Source: Nitrospirota bacterium (GTDB lineage Bacteria > Nitrospirota > UBA9217). Taken from it: 64,000 nucleotides of DNA. Both the position numbers and the translations under genes were made by a program. Shown here in pieces: positions 19,039 through 29,726 of the stretch (position 1 is the first letter of the stretch; each line of letters opens with the position of its first letter). The stretch lies in contig CAVVUN010000009.1 in the NCBI GenBank assembly GCA_963751455.1, positions 160,001 to 224,000 of the forward strand, in the 5' to 3' direction. The notes beneath the pieces were generated by a model. The model did not search any database. It was not told where the DNA came from and was given only the letters and a program-made list of their open reading frames with translations.

Positions 19039-19917
19039 GTGATACGCAGCATGACGGGATACGGCAGGCGCGAAGTAACCGCGGCCGGCATCCGATTTAC
19101 GATAGAAGCGAGGTCTGTAAACAACCGGTACATCGACGTCCAGGTAAAGGTCCCGAGGACGCTCGCTGTTCTGGAAGCCCGCTTCAAAAAGGCCGTTCAG
19201 GACCGCTTTTCAAGGGGCCGCTTTGATCTGTTCGTAAACCGTAACGCGGGGCAGACGAGTACCGGAAGGCTTGCTCTTGATGAGGCCCTCGCCGGGGAAT
19301 ATATCGCGGTTCTCAAACAAATGCGGGACCGCTTCAATTTAGGCGGCGCCGTGGACCTTTCTTTGGTTGCCGGGCTGCAGGGCCTGATCACGGTCTCGGA
19401 GGAAAAAGAAGATACGGAAGCTCTCTGGCCGGCACTCGCCGAAGGCCTGGCGCAGGCCCTCAACGAGTTGGACCGGATGCGGGGTGAAGAAGGGCAGGCG
19501 CTTCTCAAGGACATGGCGCTTCGTCTCGATTCTGTTAATTCGCTGATCCGGGAAATCAGGACTCTTTCTCCGCTGACGGTGGAGACTGCGCGGAAGAGGA
19601 TGGCTGAAACGCTGAACAGGCTCATGAACGAACAGCCGGACCCGGTCAGACTGGCGCAGGAGATTGCCATCCTGGCGGAACGAACGGATGTGACCGAGGA
19701 ACTCACAAGACTTGACAGTCATCTTGTTCAATTCAGGTCGCTTCTGGGGGCCATGAGCGAGCCGGTCGGAAGAAAACTGGATTTTCTTCTGCAGGAGATG
19801 GGACGGGAAGCGAACACTATTGCATCGAAAGCCATGGACGCAGCCATTTCGTACAAAGTGGTGACGATTAAAGCAGAGCTCGAGAAGATCAGGGAACAGG
19901 CACAGAACATTGAATGA
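19039..19917 (+). CDS. yicC: YicC/YloC family endoribonuclease
   Basis: [46 protein letters not shown]. Confidence 0.95.
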   Translation: MIRSMTGYGRREVTAAGIRFTIEARSVNNRYIDVQVKVPRTLAVLEARFKKAVQDRFSRGRFDLFVNRNAGQTSTGRLALDEALAGEYIAVLKQMRDRFNLGGAVDLSLVAGLQGLITVSEEKEDTEALWPALAEGLAQALNELDRMRGEEGQALLKDMALRLDSVNSLIREIRTLSPLTVETARKRMAETLNRLMNEQPDPVRLAQEIAILAERTDVTEELTRLDSHLVQFRSLLGAMSEPVGRKLDFLLQEMGREANTIASKAMDAAISYKVVTIKAELEKIREQAQNIE

Positions 19918-20165
19918 CCCATACTCTCGTTAATATCGGGTACGGAAACATGGTAATGGCCACCAAGGTCGTTGCGGTCCTTTCACCCGATTCTGCGCCC
20001 ATGCGCCGTCTGAAGGATGAGGCCAGGGAGCGGAAGATGCTCCTGGATGCCACGCAGGGAAGAAAGACGCGCGCCATTATTATTACGGACAGCGACCACG
20101 TGATTCTGTCGGCTGTCCAGGTCGAAACTCTGATGCAGAGATTTACCGGACGGGGTGAGGAATGA
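19914..20165 (+). CDS. remA: RemA/DUF370 family protein
   Basis: [30 protein letters not shown]. Confidence 0.9.
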   Translation: MTHTLVNIGYGNMVMATKVVAVLSPDSAPMRRLKDEARERKMLLDATQGRKTRAIIITDSDHVILSAVQVETLMQRFTGRGEE

Positions 20166-20776
20166 GAAGAAGGCAGGGATTGCTCTTCGTCGTATCCGCA
20201 CCGTCGGGGGCCGGCAAAACGAGCCTCTGCCGCGCGGTGACGGATTCTGTGGAGAACTTGAGACATTCGATCTCGTTCACCACGCGAAAACCGAGGCCGG
20301 GAGAAACAGACGGCAGAGATTATTATTTCATTTCAGAAGACCGCTTCCAGGAGATGATCCGGGCGGGCGACTTTGCTGAATGGGCCGAGGTCCATTCGAA
20401 TTTTTACGGAACTTCACGACGTGTTCTCGATGATATGCGTTCCGAAGGACTGGACGTGATCCTGGACATCGATACCCAGGGTGCAAAACAGATCCAGGCA
20501 AAATATCAGGGACAGGCCGTTTTCATCTTTATCATGCCGCCATCGCTCGGTATACTCGAAGAGCGGCTTCGCAACCGAAACTCAGAGCAGGAGGCCGAGA
20601 TAAAGAAAAGGATGGCGCGTGCAAGCGGTGAAATCAGGGATTTTTCCCTGTACGGCTACGTCATTGTGAACAGGGACTTCGAACGCGCCCTTCTGGAGCT
20701 TCGCTCGATCATAACGGCCGAGCGCAGCAAAACATCGCTGATCGACCGCACCTGGATAGAAGGACTCATATCCTGA
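20162..20776 (+). CDS. gmk: Guanylate kinase
   Basis: [36 protein letters not shown]. Confidence 0.97.
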   Translation: MRRRQGLLFVVSAPSGAGKTSLCRAVTDSVENLRHSISFTTRKPRPGETDGRDYYFISEDRFQEMIRAGDFAEWAEVHSNFYGTSRRVLDDMRSEGLDVILDIDTQGAKQIQAKYQGQAVFIFIMPPSLGILEERLRNRNSEQEAEIKKRMARASGEIRDFSLYGYVIVNRDFERALLELRSIITAERSKTSLIDRTWIEGLIS

Positions 20777-20879
20777 GCTGGCATGGAAAATTATAAACCC
20801 GCTCCTGCGAGGACGCGGGCGTAAAAGTACAAATACGGTAATCGAAAAAAATCAGCAGAAATCTACCAGGAGGTGACTA

Positions 20880-21326
20880 ATGCAACAACCGCAAGCTCAA
20901 GACATAATATCGCTGCCGATCGAGCTCAACGATAGGATCAGCGACACAAAATTCCGTCTGGTGCATATCGCAGCCCAGCGCGTGCGCCAATTGTCCGGGG
21001 GAGCGTCGCTGCTCGTTTCCACCAGATCCATCAAGGATTCGACGATAGCGCTCGAGGAAACCCTGCTCGGCAAATTCAAGGTAATAGTCGGCGAAGAAGC
21101 CCAGACGGCAAAAGAGGAGTTCCGAAAACGCGAGGAACGCGCGCGCATGGAGGAACAGCTGTCGGCCAAGGAAGAAGAGATCCGAAAGGAACTCAGCGCC
21201 TATCTCTCCGAAAGCCAGAGCGAGGAAGGGACTGAAGAAGCTTCGCTCGATGAATCCGGGGACGGAGGCATGCCCGAGGAAGAAGCGCCCGAGGAAGAGG
21301 ATACGGTCGAAGAACCGGGAGAATAG
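20880..21326 (+). CDS. rpoZ: RNA polymerase omega subunit with acidic C-terminal extension
   Basis: KFRLVHIAAQRVRQL...IALEE; gmk-rpoZ-coaBC synteny. Confidence 0.88.
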   Translation: MQQPQAQDIISLPIELNDRISDTKFRLVHIAAQRVRQLSGGASLLVSTRSIKDSTIALEETLLGKFKVIVGEEAQTAKEEFRKREERARMEEQLSAKEEEIRKELSAYLSESQSEEGTEEASLDESGDGGMPEEEAPEEEDTVEEPGE

Positions 21327-21331
21327 CAGAC

Positions 21332-22540
21332 GTGGAACAATCGGGCAACCTGCACGGGAAAAAAGTGCTGCTCGGCGTCTCCGGCAGCATTGCCGCGTAT
21401 AAGGCCATCGAAATTCTGCGAAGACTCAGGGATTCCGGCGCAGACGTCCGTGTGGTTATGACAGGAAACGCCGAACGCTTCGTTTCGCGGTTAACCTTCG
21501 AGACACTGAGCGGACATGCCGTACCAAGCGCCGATTTCGGCGCAGGAGACCCTACGGCTATAGAGCATATCGACAGCACGAACGCCCTGGATGTCGCGCT
21601 TGTCGCGCCCGCGACTGCGAACATCATAGGAAAAATAGCCGCAGGTATTGCGGACGATGCCCTGACCACCGCGGTAACAGCACTGGATTGCCCGCTTTTA
21701 ATCGCACCCGCCATGAACGACCGAATGTACCGCAATCAGATCGTACAGAAAAATATTTCTTTTTTGAAAGGGCAGGGTGTACGATTTATAGAGCCCGCGA
21801 CGGGCGCGCTTGCATGCGGTACGACCGGACAGGGGAGGCTGGTAGAGATAGAAACGGTCATGCAGTCAATCCGGTCGTCATTATCGAGGCGCGATATGTC
21901 AGGCGTAACCGTTCTGGTTACGGCCGGTCCTACCCGTGAACCGATTGACGCGGTACGGTATATCAGCAATCCGTCCTCCGGCAAGATGGGATACGCGATC
22001 GCCGCTGCTGCCCGGGACAGAGGTGCAACCGTTGTTCTTATTTCCGGCCCGACGCAAATCGCGCCGCCTGCCGGCATAACCGTAATACAGGTTACGAGCG
22101 CTGATCAAATGTATAAGGCCGTTATGGACAATGTCCAGCAGGCGGACGTCCTTATCATGGCCGCTGCTGTCTCGGATTTCAAGCCTTCTCTTTCGTCAGA
22201 CCGTAAAATAAAGAAAGAGGACGCGCCGACAACCATTCATCTTGACCGCACACAGGATATTCTGTACGCTGTCGGCAGGCTTCCGGGGAAACGGGTCCTC
22301 GTCGGATTTGCGGCCGAGACAGACGACCTGTCCGGCAATGCCCTTCGAAAGCTGAAGAACAAGAACCTTGACCTGATCGTGGCGAACGATATTTTGAAAA
22401 AAGGGGCCGCTTTCGAGTGCGATACGAACGCGGTTACGGTCATAGACCGTACCGGAACCGGAACCGAGCTGCCGCTTATGCAAAAATTGGAAATCGCCGG
22501 GTTTATTCTGGACAAGATCGTGCAAATAAGGAAAAATTAA
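21332..22540 (+). CDS. coaBC: Phosphopantothenoylcysteine decarboxylase/ligase
   Basis: [50 protein letters not shown]. Confidence 0.97.
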   Translation: MEQSGNLHGKKVLLGVSGSIAAYKAIEILRRLRDSGADVRVVMTGNAERFVSRLTFETLSGHAVPSADFGAGDPTAIEHIDSTNALDVALVAPATANIIGKIAAGIADDALTTAVTALDCPLLIAPAMNDRMYRNQIVQKNISFLKGQGVRFIEPATGALACGTTGQGRLVEIETVMQSIRSSLSRRDMSGVTVLVTAGPTREPIDAVRYISNPSSGKMGYAIAAAARDRGATVVLISGPTQIAPPAGITVIQVTSADQMYKAVMDNVQQADVLIMAAAVSDFKPSLSSDRKIKKEDAPTTIHLDRTQDILYAVGRLPGKRVLVGFAAETDDLSGNALRKLKNKNLDLIVANDILKKGAAFECDTNAVTVIDRTGTGTELPLMQKLEIAGFILDKIVQIRKN

Positions 22541-22585
22541 AGGATTTTACCTTGACTTTAATACCTTGTTTTTGGTAAAATTTTT

Positions 22586-24094
22586 TTGCCGAATTTAATG
22601 AAAAGTATATTCATTCAAGATGGATTCCTCTACTACCCGGAATGCAATGGAGAGATCTCCGAAATATCAAAGTTAACAGAGCGTATTTCTAAAGATCCCC
22701 ACTCTAAGCTTTTTGTGCCGCTTGCGGAAGAATATAAAAAGGCCGGGGATTTAGAGATGTCCATCCATGTGCTGAACGAGGGACTGAAAAATAATCCCGG
22801 TTATGTGACTGCCCGGTCTTTTCTCGGCAAATTGTTGATCGAGAAGGGCGATCTGCCGGGCGCTCAGAAAGAATTTGAAGAAGTCGTAAAAGCAATTCCG
22901 GAAAATCTGATGGCCCAGAGGAAGCTCTCTGATCTCTACGCCCTTCAGGACAGGCGGAATGACTCGCTTGAACATTATAAAATAGCTTTATCGCTCAATC
23001 CGCGCGATCAGGACGTGGCGTCCCTGGTTTCGGACATAGAAGCAGGCCACGATGTCAAGCCGCGGCTTCAGAAAAAGATACCGGTAGGAGAGCCCACTCC
23101 GAAGCAAGCCGAACTGCAGCCGGCAAAAGCCGAAGCTTCAGGACCGGCAAACCCTGAAAAAAAGGCTGTGTCGGCGGCCGCAGCCGCTGCGCCGGAGGCA
23201 AAAATGGAGGAGGCTGAAGAAATTCTGGTTGTAGAGCCGCTGGAAACGTCCGTACCTCTCAGCATGGAACAGGAGCTGTCGGCTCACAATCTCGACTTTC
23301 TGGCTGAAACAGGTCATGAGTCCGGTTTCCCGTCGCAGGAACAGCAAAAAGTAGAGGAGCTCTTCGATCTCAGTCAACCCTTTGAGCAGGCGCAGCATCT
23401 GAATGAGGAAGTCGGGGAGATCGAAGTGACGGTCCCCGCCCCAGCCAGGACGGAGGCTGATGATTTTACCACCGATACTCTTGCAGAACTGTACATCTCT
23501 CAGGGTTTTTTTGAAAAAGCCGTAGAAATTTATGAGAGAATGCTTGCCGATAACCCCGACAGTCAGGGACTTAAGGACAAGCTTGCATCAGTAAGGGCGA
23601 TGGCCGCGGAATCGGGAGGCCAGGCAGAGACAAGGGAAAAGCCCGCTGCCTTTTCCCTTCCCGGGGAGTTTGCTGCGGAAGACGGCATTGCGGACATCGC
23701 GCAGGCCGGGGATTTTTCATCCGGACTGGATGATGATTTCCAGGGTGAGCCCGCCGCAGAAACCGGCACTGAGCGGTTGGAAGATTGGAACGAACCTGTA
23801 CCGTCTGAACAGTCTTTGAGTAAGCCGGAATCCGAGTTTGCAGGAACCGAATCAGCAAAGCCGAAGCCGTTTGATGCATCATTTGAGCCGGTCGAGTACG
23901 TGCCGCCGGACGCCGTTCCTCAGAAGCAGGCCGCGCAGGGTGGGAAAAAAACCCAACCGATTACGGATGAGAGCAATACGGATTTAAGCGATCGGCAGGC
24001 GCATGTAAAAGAACGAACGCATTCGCCAGGCGGCAGAAAAGAGACCATTGACCGGCTGGAAAACTGGCTACAGAATATCATGAAGGAGAAATAA
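22586..24094 (+). CDS. Tetratricopeptide repeat protein with acidic low-complexity linkers (start uncertain)
   Basis: DPHSKLFVPLAEEY TPRs; TDTLAELYISQG; C-terminal IDRLENWL. Confidence 0.85.
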   Translation: MPNLMKSIFIQDGFLYYPECNGEISEISKLTERISKDPHSKLFVPLAEEYKKAGDLEMSIHVLNEGLKNNPGYVTARSFLGKLLIEKGDLPGAQKEFEEVVKAIPENLMAQRKLSDLYALQDRRNDSLEHYKIALSLNPRDQDVASLVSDIEAGHDVKPRLQKKIPVGEPTPKQAELQPAKAEASGPANPEKKAVSAAAAAAPEAKMEEAEEILVVEPLETSVPLSMEQELSAHNLDFLAETGHESGFPSQEQQKVEELFDLSQPFEQAQHLNEEVGEIEVTVPAPARTEADDFTTDTLAELYISQGFFEKAVEIYERMLADNPDSQGLKDKLASVRAMAAESGGQAETREKPAAFSLPGEFAAEDGIADIAQAGDFSSGLDDDFQGEPAAETGTERLEDWNEPVPSEQSLSKPESEFAGTESAKPKPFDASFEPVEYVPPDAVPQKQAAQGGKKTQPITDESNTDLSDRQAHVKERTHSPGGRKETIDRLENWLQNIMKEK

Positions 24095-24451
24095 ATGTCC
24101 TTTTCCGGTATCCTGAAAGAAGTGGTGAACAATACGGAAGGGGCGCTCGGTGCTCTTATAGTCGGGCTCGATGGAATTCCCGTCGAACAGTATTCCACGA
24201 ACAGTGAGATAGACATTCAATCGATGACCGTGGAATACTCGTCGCTTCTGAAGGAAATCGAAAAAGGTTCGCAGGCGGCCCATCTGGGGTCAACCAAGGA
24301 AGTGACCGTTATCGCCGACAAGGCCATGATTATGCTGCGCCGTCTCACTGAAGAATATTTTTTCGTTCTTATCATACGGCCGGAGGGAAATTTCGGAAAG
24401 GGCAGATTCCTTCTCAGAATGTCGGTTCCCAAGATCCTCAGGGAATTTTAA
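24095..24451 (+). CDS. mglC: Roadblock/LC7 protein, MglC-like
   Basis: GLDGIPVE, EYFFVL, GNFGKGRFLLR; near efp-accBC as recalled for myxobacterial mglC. Confidence 0.75.
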   Translation: MSFSGILKEVVNNTEGALGALIVGLDGIPVEQYSTNSEIDIQSMTVEYSSLLKEIEKGSQAAHLGSTKEVTVIADKAMIMLRRLTEEYFFVLIIRPEGNFGKGRFLLRMSVPKILREF

Positions 24452-24593
24452 ATAGTTGTATTGCTCCTGCTCAGGGTCACTCTGTAAACTCCGTTAGAGT
24501 CATTCCGTAAGCGATAGTTACCGCAAACCAGCATCTATAACGATGGCATGAATCGACGAAGCGGCTGCTGGCTGCTGCTTGATCTAACGGCGT

Positions 24594-24620
24594 AAACTGC
24601 CTCAGGCAGTTTTTTGTTTT
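24594..24620 (+). terminator. Intrinsic terminator immediately upstream of aroQ
   Basis: AAACTGCC-TCA-GGCAGTTT plus T-run. Confidence 0.6.
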
Positions 24621-24633
24621 GAACGGGGGTATT

Positions 24634-25077
24634 ATGAAAATTCTGGTCATGCACGGGCCCAATTTGAATCTTCTCGGAAAGCGCGAGCCGGACATCTACG
24701 GCCACGTCACCCTTGATGACATCAACGCTGCTCTCTCCGGCCTTGCAGGGGAACTTGGAGTAGCTGTGGCTTTTTTCCAATCGAACCACGAGGGAGAACT
24801 CGTTCAGAAGATCCAGGATGCAATGGGAGTGTATGACGCAATCGTAATTAACCCCGGCGCCTATACTCATACAAGCGTTGCGCTGCGGGACGCGATTTCG
24901 TCAACAGCAATACCTGCCGTGGAAGCGCATATTTCGAACATTTACCGTCGTGAAGAGTTCCGGAAGCATTCTTACATCTCGGGCGTCGCTGTGGGACAGA
25001 TCACGGGTTTCGGCGCGGAAAGCTACCTCCTGGCGCTCCGGGCGGCCGTCGGCTGCGTCAAGGACAGCGGAAAATGA
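24634..25077 (+). CDS. aroQ: Type II 3-dehydroquinate dehydratase
   Basis: [44 protein letters not shown]. Confidence 0.97.
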   Translation: MKILVMHGPNLNLLGKREPDIYGHVTLDDINAALSGLAGELGVAVAFFQSNHEGELVQKIQDAMGVYDAIVINPGAYTHTSVALRDAISSTAIPAVEAHISNIYRREEFRKHSYISGVAVGQITGFGAESYLLALRAAVGCVKDSGK

Positions 25078-26159
25078 ACAAGAGGCGCGAACAAATCCGT
25101 ATCAACACGCTTAAGCAGCGAATGAAGGAGCAAGGGGTTACGGCTCTTCTTGTCACAAAGCGGGAGAATGTCCGCTACTGCACCGGTTTTACGGGTTCAT
25201 CCGGAGCGGTCCTGGTGGCTTTGGGAAAGTCTCTGCTTATAACTGATTTCCGGTATAAGGTGCAGGCTGGCCTGGAAACTGCCGGTGTGGAGATTCTGAT
25301 ACAGAAAAAGGATTTCCCCGCCGCTTTGCAGGAGGCCGCCGCGAAAGAGGGTGTCGATATCATCTGGTTCGATGAATCCTCGTTGACAATCGAAGCACTG
25401 AAGAAGCTCCGGAAACAGGGGCTCAGGCTTAAAGGGCACCGGGACCTTGTCGGGGAACTGAGGCAGCAGAAAGATAAGCAGGAACTGAAGAGTATACGCG
25501 AAGCAATCCGGCGGGCTGAAGAATCTTTCCGGGAATTGAAAAAATATATACGGCCGGGCGCGCGCGAGCGCGACCTTGCGATCAGGCTCGAGTTCCTTAT
25601 GCGCGAGAAAGGCGCCCGCAAGGCCGCCTTTGACTCTATAATAGCATCCGGAAAGAACGGCGCCATGCCGCACGCTACTGTCACGGAACGGCGGATCAAA
25701 ACCGGCGATATGGTGACCTTCGACTTCGGCGCGGAGGCCGACGGGTATTTTTGCGACATCACGAGAACGTATTGCATCGGCCGCCCCACAGCCCTGCAGC
25801 GCGAAATACATGCTCTCGTTCACAAGGCTCAGGAAACGGCAATACGCAAGGTGCGTACGGGCGTAAGCTGCAAGGCCGTGGATGCGGGGGCCAGGGACGT
25901 GATACGCGAAGCGGGCCACGGTGAACATTTCGGACACGGAACGGGCCACGGTGTGGGTCTTATGGTCCATGAGAGCCCGGTCGTTTCGCCGCTTTCGCGC
26001 GATGAGGTAAAGCAGGACATGATATTCACCGTCGAACCCGGTGTTTACGTTCCGGGCTGGGGCGGTGTCAGGATCGAGGACATGGTGCTTGTGACCGGCA
26101 GCGGGGCCAAGGTGCTGACGACGCTGCCAAGGGAGCTCGAGGCTTTGAAAAGCTTGTGA
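25074..26159 (+). CDS. Xaa-Pro aminopeptidase (M24)
   Basis: [42 protein letters not shown]. Confidence 0.93.
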   Translation: MNKRREQIRINTLKQRMKEQGVTALLVTKRENVRYCTGFTGSSGAVLVALGKSLLITDFRYKVQAGLETAGVEILIQKKDFPAALQEAAAKEGVDIIWFDESSLTIEALKKLRKQGLRLKGHRDLVGELRQQKDKQELKSIREAIRRAEESFRELKKYIRPGARERDLAIRLEFLMREKGARKAAFDSIIASGKNGAMPHATVTERRIKTGDMVTFDFGAEADGYFCDITRTYCIGRPTALQREIHALVHKAQETAIRKVRTGVSCKAVDAGARDVIREAGHGEHFGHGTGHGVGLMVHESPVVSPLSRDEVKQDMIFTVEPGVYVPGWGGVRIEDMVLVTGSGAKVLTTLPRELEALKSL

Positions 26160-26161
26160 AG

Positions 26162-26283
26162 AAATTTCAAATTACAAGCCAAATAATATTCAAAATGAAA
26201 ATTACAATGTCCAAAACGTTTGAACCGTTTCAAATTTGTTATTTGGAACTTATTTGAGATTTGGTGCTTGATATTTGGAGCTT
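26162..26283. repeat. Inverted heptamer microrepeat element
   Basis: aaatttc aaattac aagcc aaataat ... atttgga acttatttga gatttgg tgcttga tatttgg. Confidence 0.6.
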
Positions 26284-26326
26284 GTTGTATCACATTCAGC
26301 ATATGACAAAAGGGAGGTAGCACGAA

Positions 26327-26893
26327 TTGCCGGTATCTACAGCAGAATTCAGAAACGGTTTAAAAATTGAGATTGAGGGCGAGCCATACATCATTGTGGA
26401 ATTCCAGCACGTGAAGCCCGGTAAGGGAGGCGCCTTTGTGAGGACCAAGATCAAGAGCCTCAAATCAGGGAACGTGATCGATCGGACATACCGGTCGGGA
26501 GAAAAAGTGGACGTGCCCGAATTGGAAGAAAAAACCATGCAGTACCTCTATGCCGCGGATAAGGACCGGGTTTTCATGGACACAACTTCCTACGAGCAGG
26601 TATCAATGAACGAACGGCAGTTGGGAGACAACGTCAATTACCTGAAAGAGAACATGGAGATCAAGGTCCTCTATCACAAGGGCCAGCCCATCAACGTAGA
26701 TATCCCGATGTTCGTCGAACTCGCTATAGCGAAAACCGACCCGGGGGTCCGCGGCGATACCGCCTCTGGCGGGTCCAAGCCGGCCACCCTGGAGACAGGC
26801 GCCGTCGTAAAGGTCCCGTTCTATCTCAACGAAGGCGACCTGATCAAGGTGGATACCCGGACAGGGACTTTTATCGAACGGGTCAAACGATGA
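26327..26893 (+). CDS. efp: Elongation factor P
   Basis: [27 protein letters not shown]; TTG start after GGGAGG. Confidence 0.97.
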   Translation: MPVSTAEFRNGLKIEIEGEPYIIVEFQHVKPGKGGAFVRTKIKSLKSGNVIDRTYRSGEKVDVPELEEKTMQYLYAADKDRVFMDTTSYEQVSMNERQLGDNVNYLKENMEIKVLYHKGQPINVDIPMFVELAIAKTDPGVRGDTASGGSKPATLETGAVVKVPFYLNEGDLIKVDTRTGTFIERVKR

Positions 26894-26936
26894 GCTTTCG
26901 CGGACTTTCATCCAGCAACGGCGAAAAGGAGTAATC

Positions 26937-27410
26937 ATGAACCTCAAAGAGCTCAAGGAACTGATAGAGATGCTGAAGGATACGGACATCTCCGAACTGG
27001 AGATCGAGCGTTCCGGCGTTAAAGTGAGGCTCAGAAAGGGGGGTGATGTAACCTTCCATCCTTCCATGCCACGCATGGAATATCCGCCGGCCGCCATTGT
27101 AGCTCCTGCAGTGCCGGAAACGACCGGCCCCCCTGTGCAGGAAAAGCAGGTTGAGCCGGTCAAGACGACCCAGATCAAAGTAACCTCACCGATCGTCGGT
27201 ACCTTCTATCGTTCCAGCTCACCCGACAAACCGGCTTATGTCGAGGTGGGCAATTCCGTAAAGAAAGGCCAGGTTCTCTGTATCATAGAAGCCATGAAGC
27301 TCATGAACGAGATCGAGTCGGAGACTTCGGGAAAAATCGTGCAGGTCCTGGTGGAGAACGGCCAGCCCGTTGAATACGGACAACCGCTGTTCGTCGTGGA
27401 ACCACTGTAG
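26937..27410 (+). CDS. accB: Biotin carboxyl carrier protein
   Basis: [20 protein letters not shown]. Confidence 0.97.
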   Translation: MNLKELKELIEMLKDTDISELEIERSGVKVRLRKGGDVTFHPSMPRMEYPPAAIVAPAVPETTGPPVQEKQVEPVKTTQIKVTSPIVGTFYRSSSPDKPAYVEVGNSVKKGQVLCIIEAMKLMNEIESETSGKIVQVLVENGQPVEYGQPLFVVEPL

Positions 27411-27497
27411 TGAGCGTTAAAACCCAAAGAAATAATTTCAGAAAAGGCGCAGCAGCCGCGCAAAGACTGAATAATAATCAACGTCAAATCGCTTTGT

Positions 27498-27655
27498 TCG
27501 TGCCCTTGCCTGCACACGGCGATTACGGGTCAGCACCCAGCGGTGATGAGCCTCCGGCCAGCGGTTACGAGGCCCTTGATTCCCGTCGCACGTTTCTCAG
27601 TGCGATGGTCGACAAAGGGTCTAAGGATTGCGCAGCGTGAATGCAGGCTGTGCGA
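27498..27655 (+). ncRNA. Candidate structured RNA in accB-accC intergenic region (family not recognised)
   Basis: Nested long-range helices with G-U pairs on the + strand (see findings). Confidence 0.35.
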
Positions 27656-27751
27656 GGCCGTAAATGTGCGAGTGAGATCTATCTTCGTGGAAAAATTGGC
27701 TTTGGCCCCCGTTTTGAAAAAGGCTTATCCGGGCCAGTTGAGAGGTATTGA

Positions 27752-29098
27752 GTGTTCAAAAAAATCTTAATTGCGAACCGCGGTGAGATCGCGCTTCGCA
27801 TCATACGCGCCTGCAAAGAGATGGGTATTAAGACCGTTGCAGTGCATTCAAGCGCGGACGCCGACTCTCTCCATGTCCGGTTTGCGGACGAGAGCGTCTG
27901 CATAGGCCCCGCGAAAAGCGCCGACAGTTATCTGCATGTGCCGAGCATCATAAGCGCGGCGGAGATTACCGATACCGAGGCGATCCATCCGGGTTACGGT
28001 TTTCTTGCGGAGAATTCCAGTTTCGCGGAAATCTGCAATTCAACGGGCATACGCTTCATAGGACCGAGCCCCGAGAGCATAAAGCTGATGGGCGACAAAG
28101 CCAGGGCCCGGGAGACGGCCCAGAAAGCGGGCGTGCCGGTGCTGCCGGGCAGCAACGGGGTCGTGACCGAGGAAAGCAGCGCCATAGAAATAGCGCGGGA
28201 ACTCGGGTTCCCGGTGATCGTGAAGGCGGCAGCGGGCGGCGGCGGCAAGGGCATGCGCGTCGTGATGGAAGAGGCCGGTTTTGCCAATGCGTTTGTTATG
28301 GCGCAGGCTGAGGCGCTTGCAGCATTCAGCAACGCAGACGTCTATATCGAGAAATATATTCTGCAGCCGCGCCATATCGAGATCCAGATTATGGCGGACG
28401 AAAAAGGGGAAACGGTATACTTCGGCGAGCGCGAGTGTTCGATTCAGCGAAGACACCAGAAACTGATTGAGGAAGCGCCCTCAACCGTAATGGACGACGG
28501 ACTGAGGAAGCAGATGGGCGAGATGGCGGTTGCTATTGCGAAGAGCGTCAGGTACCGCAACGCCGGGACGATCGAGTTTCTCATGGACGAAAACCGCAAA
28601 TTCTTTTTCATGGAAATGAACACCCGAATTCAGGTCGAGCATCCAGTAACCGAAATGGTGACCGGCCGGGACCTCGTGAAGGAACAGATCAGGGTGGCGG
28701 CGGGGCTGCCGCTTTCTTTTACCCAGCAAGACATTAAGATTAAAGGGCACAGCATCGAATGCAGAATAAATGCGGAATGCCCCCAGAAATTTACGCCGTC
28801 GCCGGGAACAATAACGGCTTTTAATGCCCCAGGAGGGCCCGGAGTACGGGTCGAGACCACCGCGTATACCCAGTATGTGATCCCGCCTTATTACGATTCG
28901 ATGATCGCAAAACTGATTGTTCATGCGGATACCAGGGACGAAGCGATCATGAGAATGCGGCGGGCGCTTGATGAGTTTATCATAGAGGGCGTGAAGACCT
29001 CTATCCCGCTGCATAAGAAGATACTCGAAGACCCGGATTTCCAATCAGGAAATATTTCCACGAAATTCATGGAGCGCTATAATATCCCTGTCAAGTAA
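27752..29098 (+). CDS. accC: Biotin carboxylase
   Basis: [48 protein letters not shown]. Confidence 0.98.
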   Translation: MFKKILIANRGEIALRIIRACKEMGIKTVAVHSSADADSLHVRFADESVCIGPAKSADSYLHVPSIISAAEITDTEAIHPGYGFLAENSSFAEICNSTGIRFIGPSPESIKLMGDKARARETAQKAGVPVLPGSNGVVTEESSAIEIARELGFPVIVKAAAGGGGKGMRVVMEEAGFANAFVMAQAEALAAFSNADVYIEKYILQPRHIEIQIMADEKGETVYFGERECSIQRRHQKLIEEAPSTVMDDGLRKQMGEMAVAIAKSVRYRNAGTIEFLMDENRKFFFMEMNTRIQVEHPVTEMVTGRDLVKEQIRVAAGLPLSFTQQDIKIKGHSIECRINAECPQKFTPSPGTITAFNAPGGPGVRVETTAYTQYVIPPYYDSMIAKLIVHADTRDEAIMRMRRALDEFIIEGVKTSIPLHKKILEDPDFQSGNISTKFMERYNIPVK

Positions 29099-29159
29099 TG
29101 TCAAAGGGCTTTGTCTTATAATAGACCAGGACCTGCTCCGCACCGACGCTGCCGACGCC

Positions 29160-29726
29160 ATGAGTCAGGCGCTTGCTGCGGGCGTCAAATTCTTCCAGTA
29201 CAGGAGCAAAAGCAGTCCACGCTCGGCTACCTTTCACACCAGCCTGCGACTTGCGTCCCTGGCCCGTAACGCGGGAGCCCTTTTCCTTGTGAACGACCAT
29301 GCGGACATAGCGGCCGCAGTAGATGCCGACGGTGTGCATCTCGGGCAGGATGATATGCCGTTGGAATATGCCAGGAAACTGCTGGGGTGGAAGAAAATCA
29401 TCGGTCTCTCCACCCATGACGCGGATCAGGCCCGCCAGGCTGAAAAAGCGGGGGCCGATTACATAGGGTTCGGCCCGGTTTTTAAAACGGGAACTAAGGA
29501 CGCCGGCCCCGTGCAGGGAATTGCGCGGCTGGCCCACATAAGAAAGACCGTGTCGGTTCCCGTTGTCGCGATCGGCGGGATTTGCCAGAACAATGTCAGA
29601 GACGCATTGAATGCGGGGGCCGACGGTGTGGCGGTGATATCCGCGATTTTGTCGACGCCCGATATCCGGCTTGCAGCTGCAAAGATGATAAAAATTATAA
29701 AATCGGGAAGCGAGGAGGGATCATGA
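29160..29726 (+). CDS. thiE: Thiamine-phosphate synthase (reading frame extends upstream to ~29088)
   Basis: QYRSK, VNDHAD, DGVHLGQDD, GLSTH, GPVFKTGTK, AIGGI. Confidence 0.93.
   Translation: MSQALAAGVKFFQYRSKSSPRSATFHTSLRLASLARNAGALFLVNDHADIAAAVDADGVHLGQDDMPLEYARKLLGWKKIIGLSTHDADQARQAEKAGADYIGFGPVFKTGTKDAGPVQGIARLAHIRKTVSVPVVAIGGICQNNVRDALNAGADGVAVISAILSTPDIRLAAAKMIKIIKSGSEEGS

Noticed and set aside
27410-27640. 76-aa ORF between accB and accC as a real gene
   Set aside because: No RBS or recognisable motif; extensive base pairing is better explained by RNA structure
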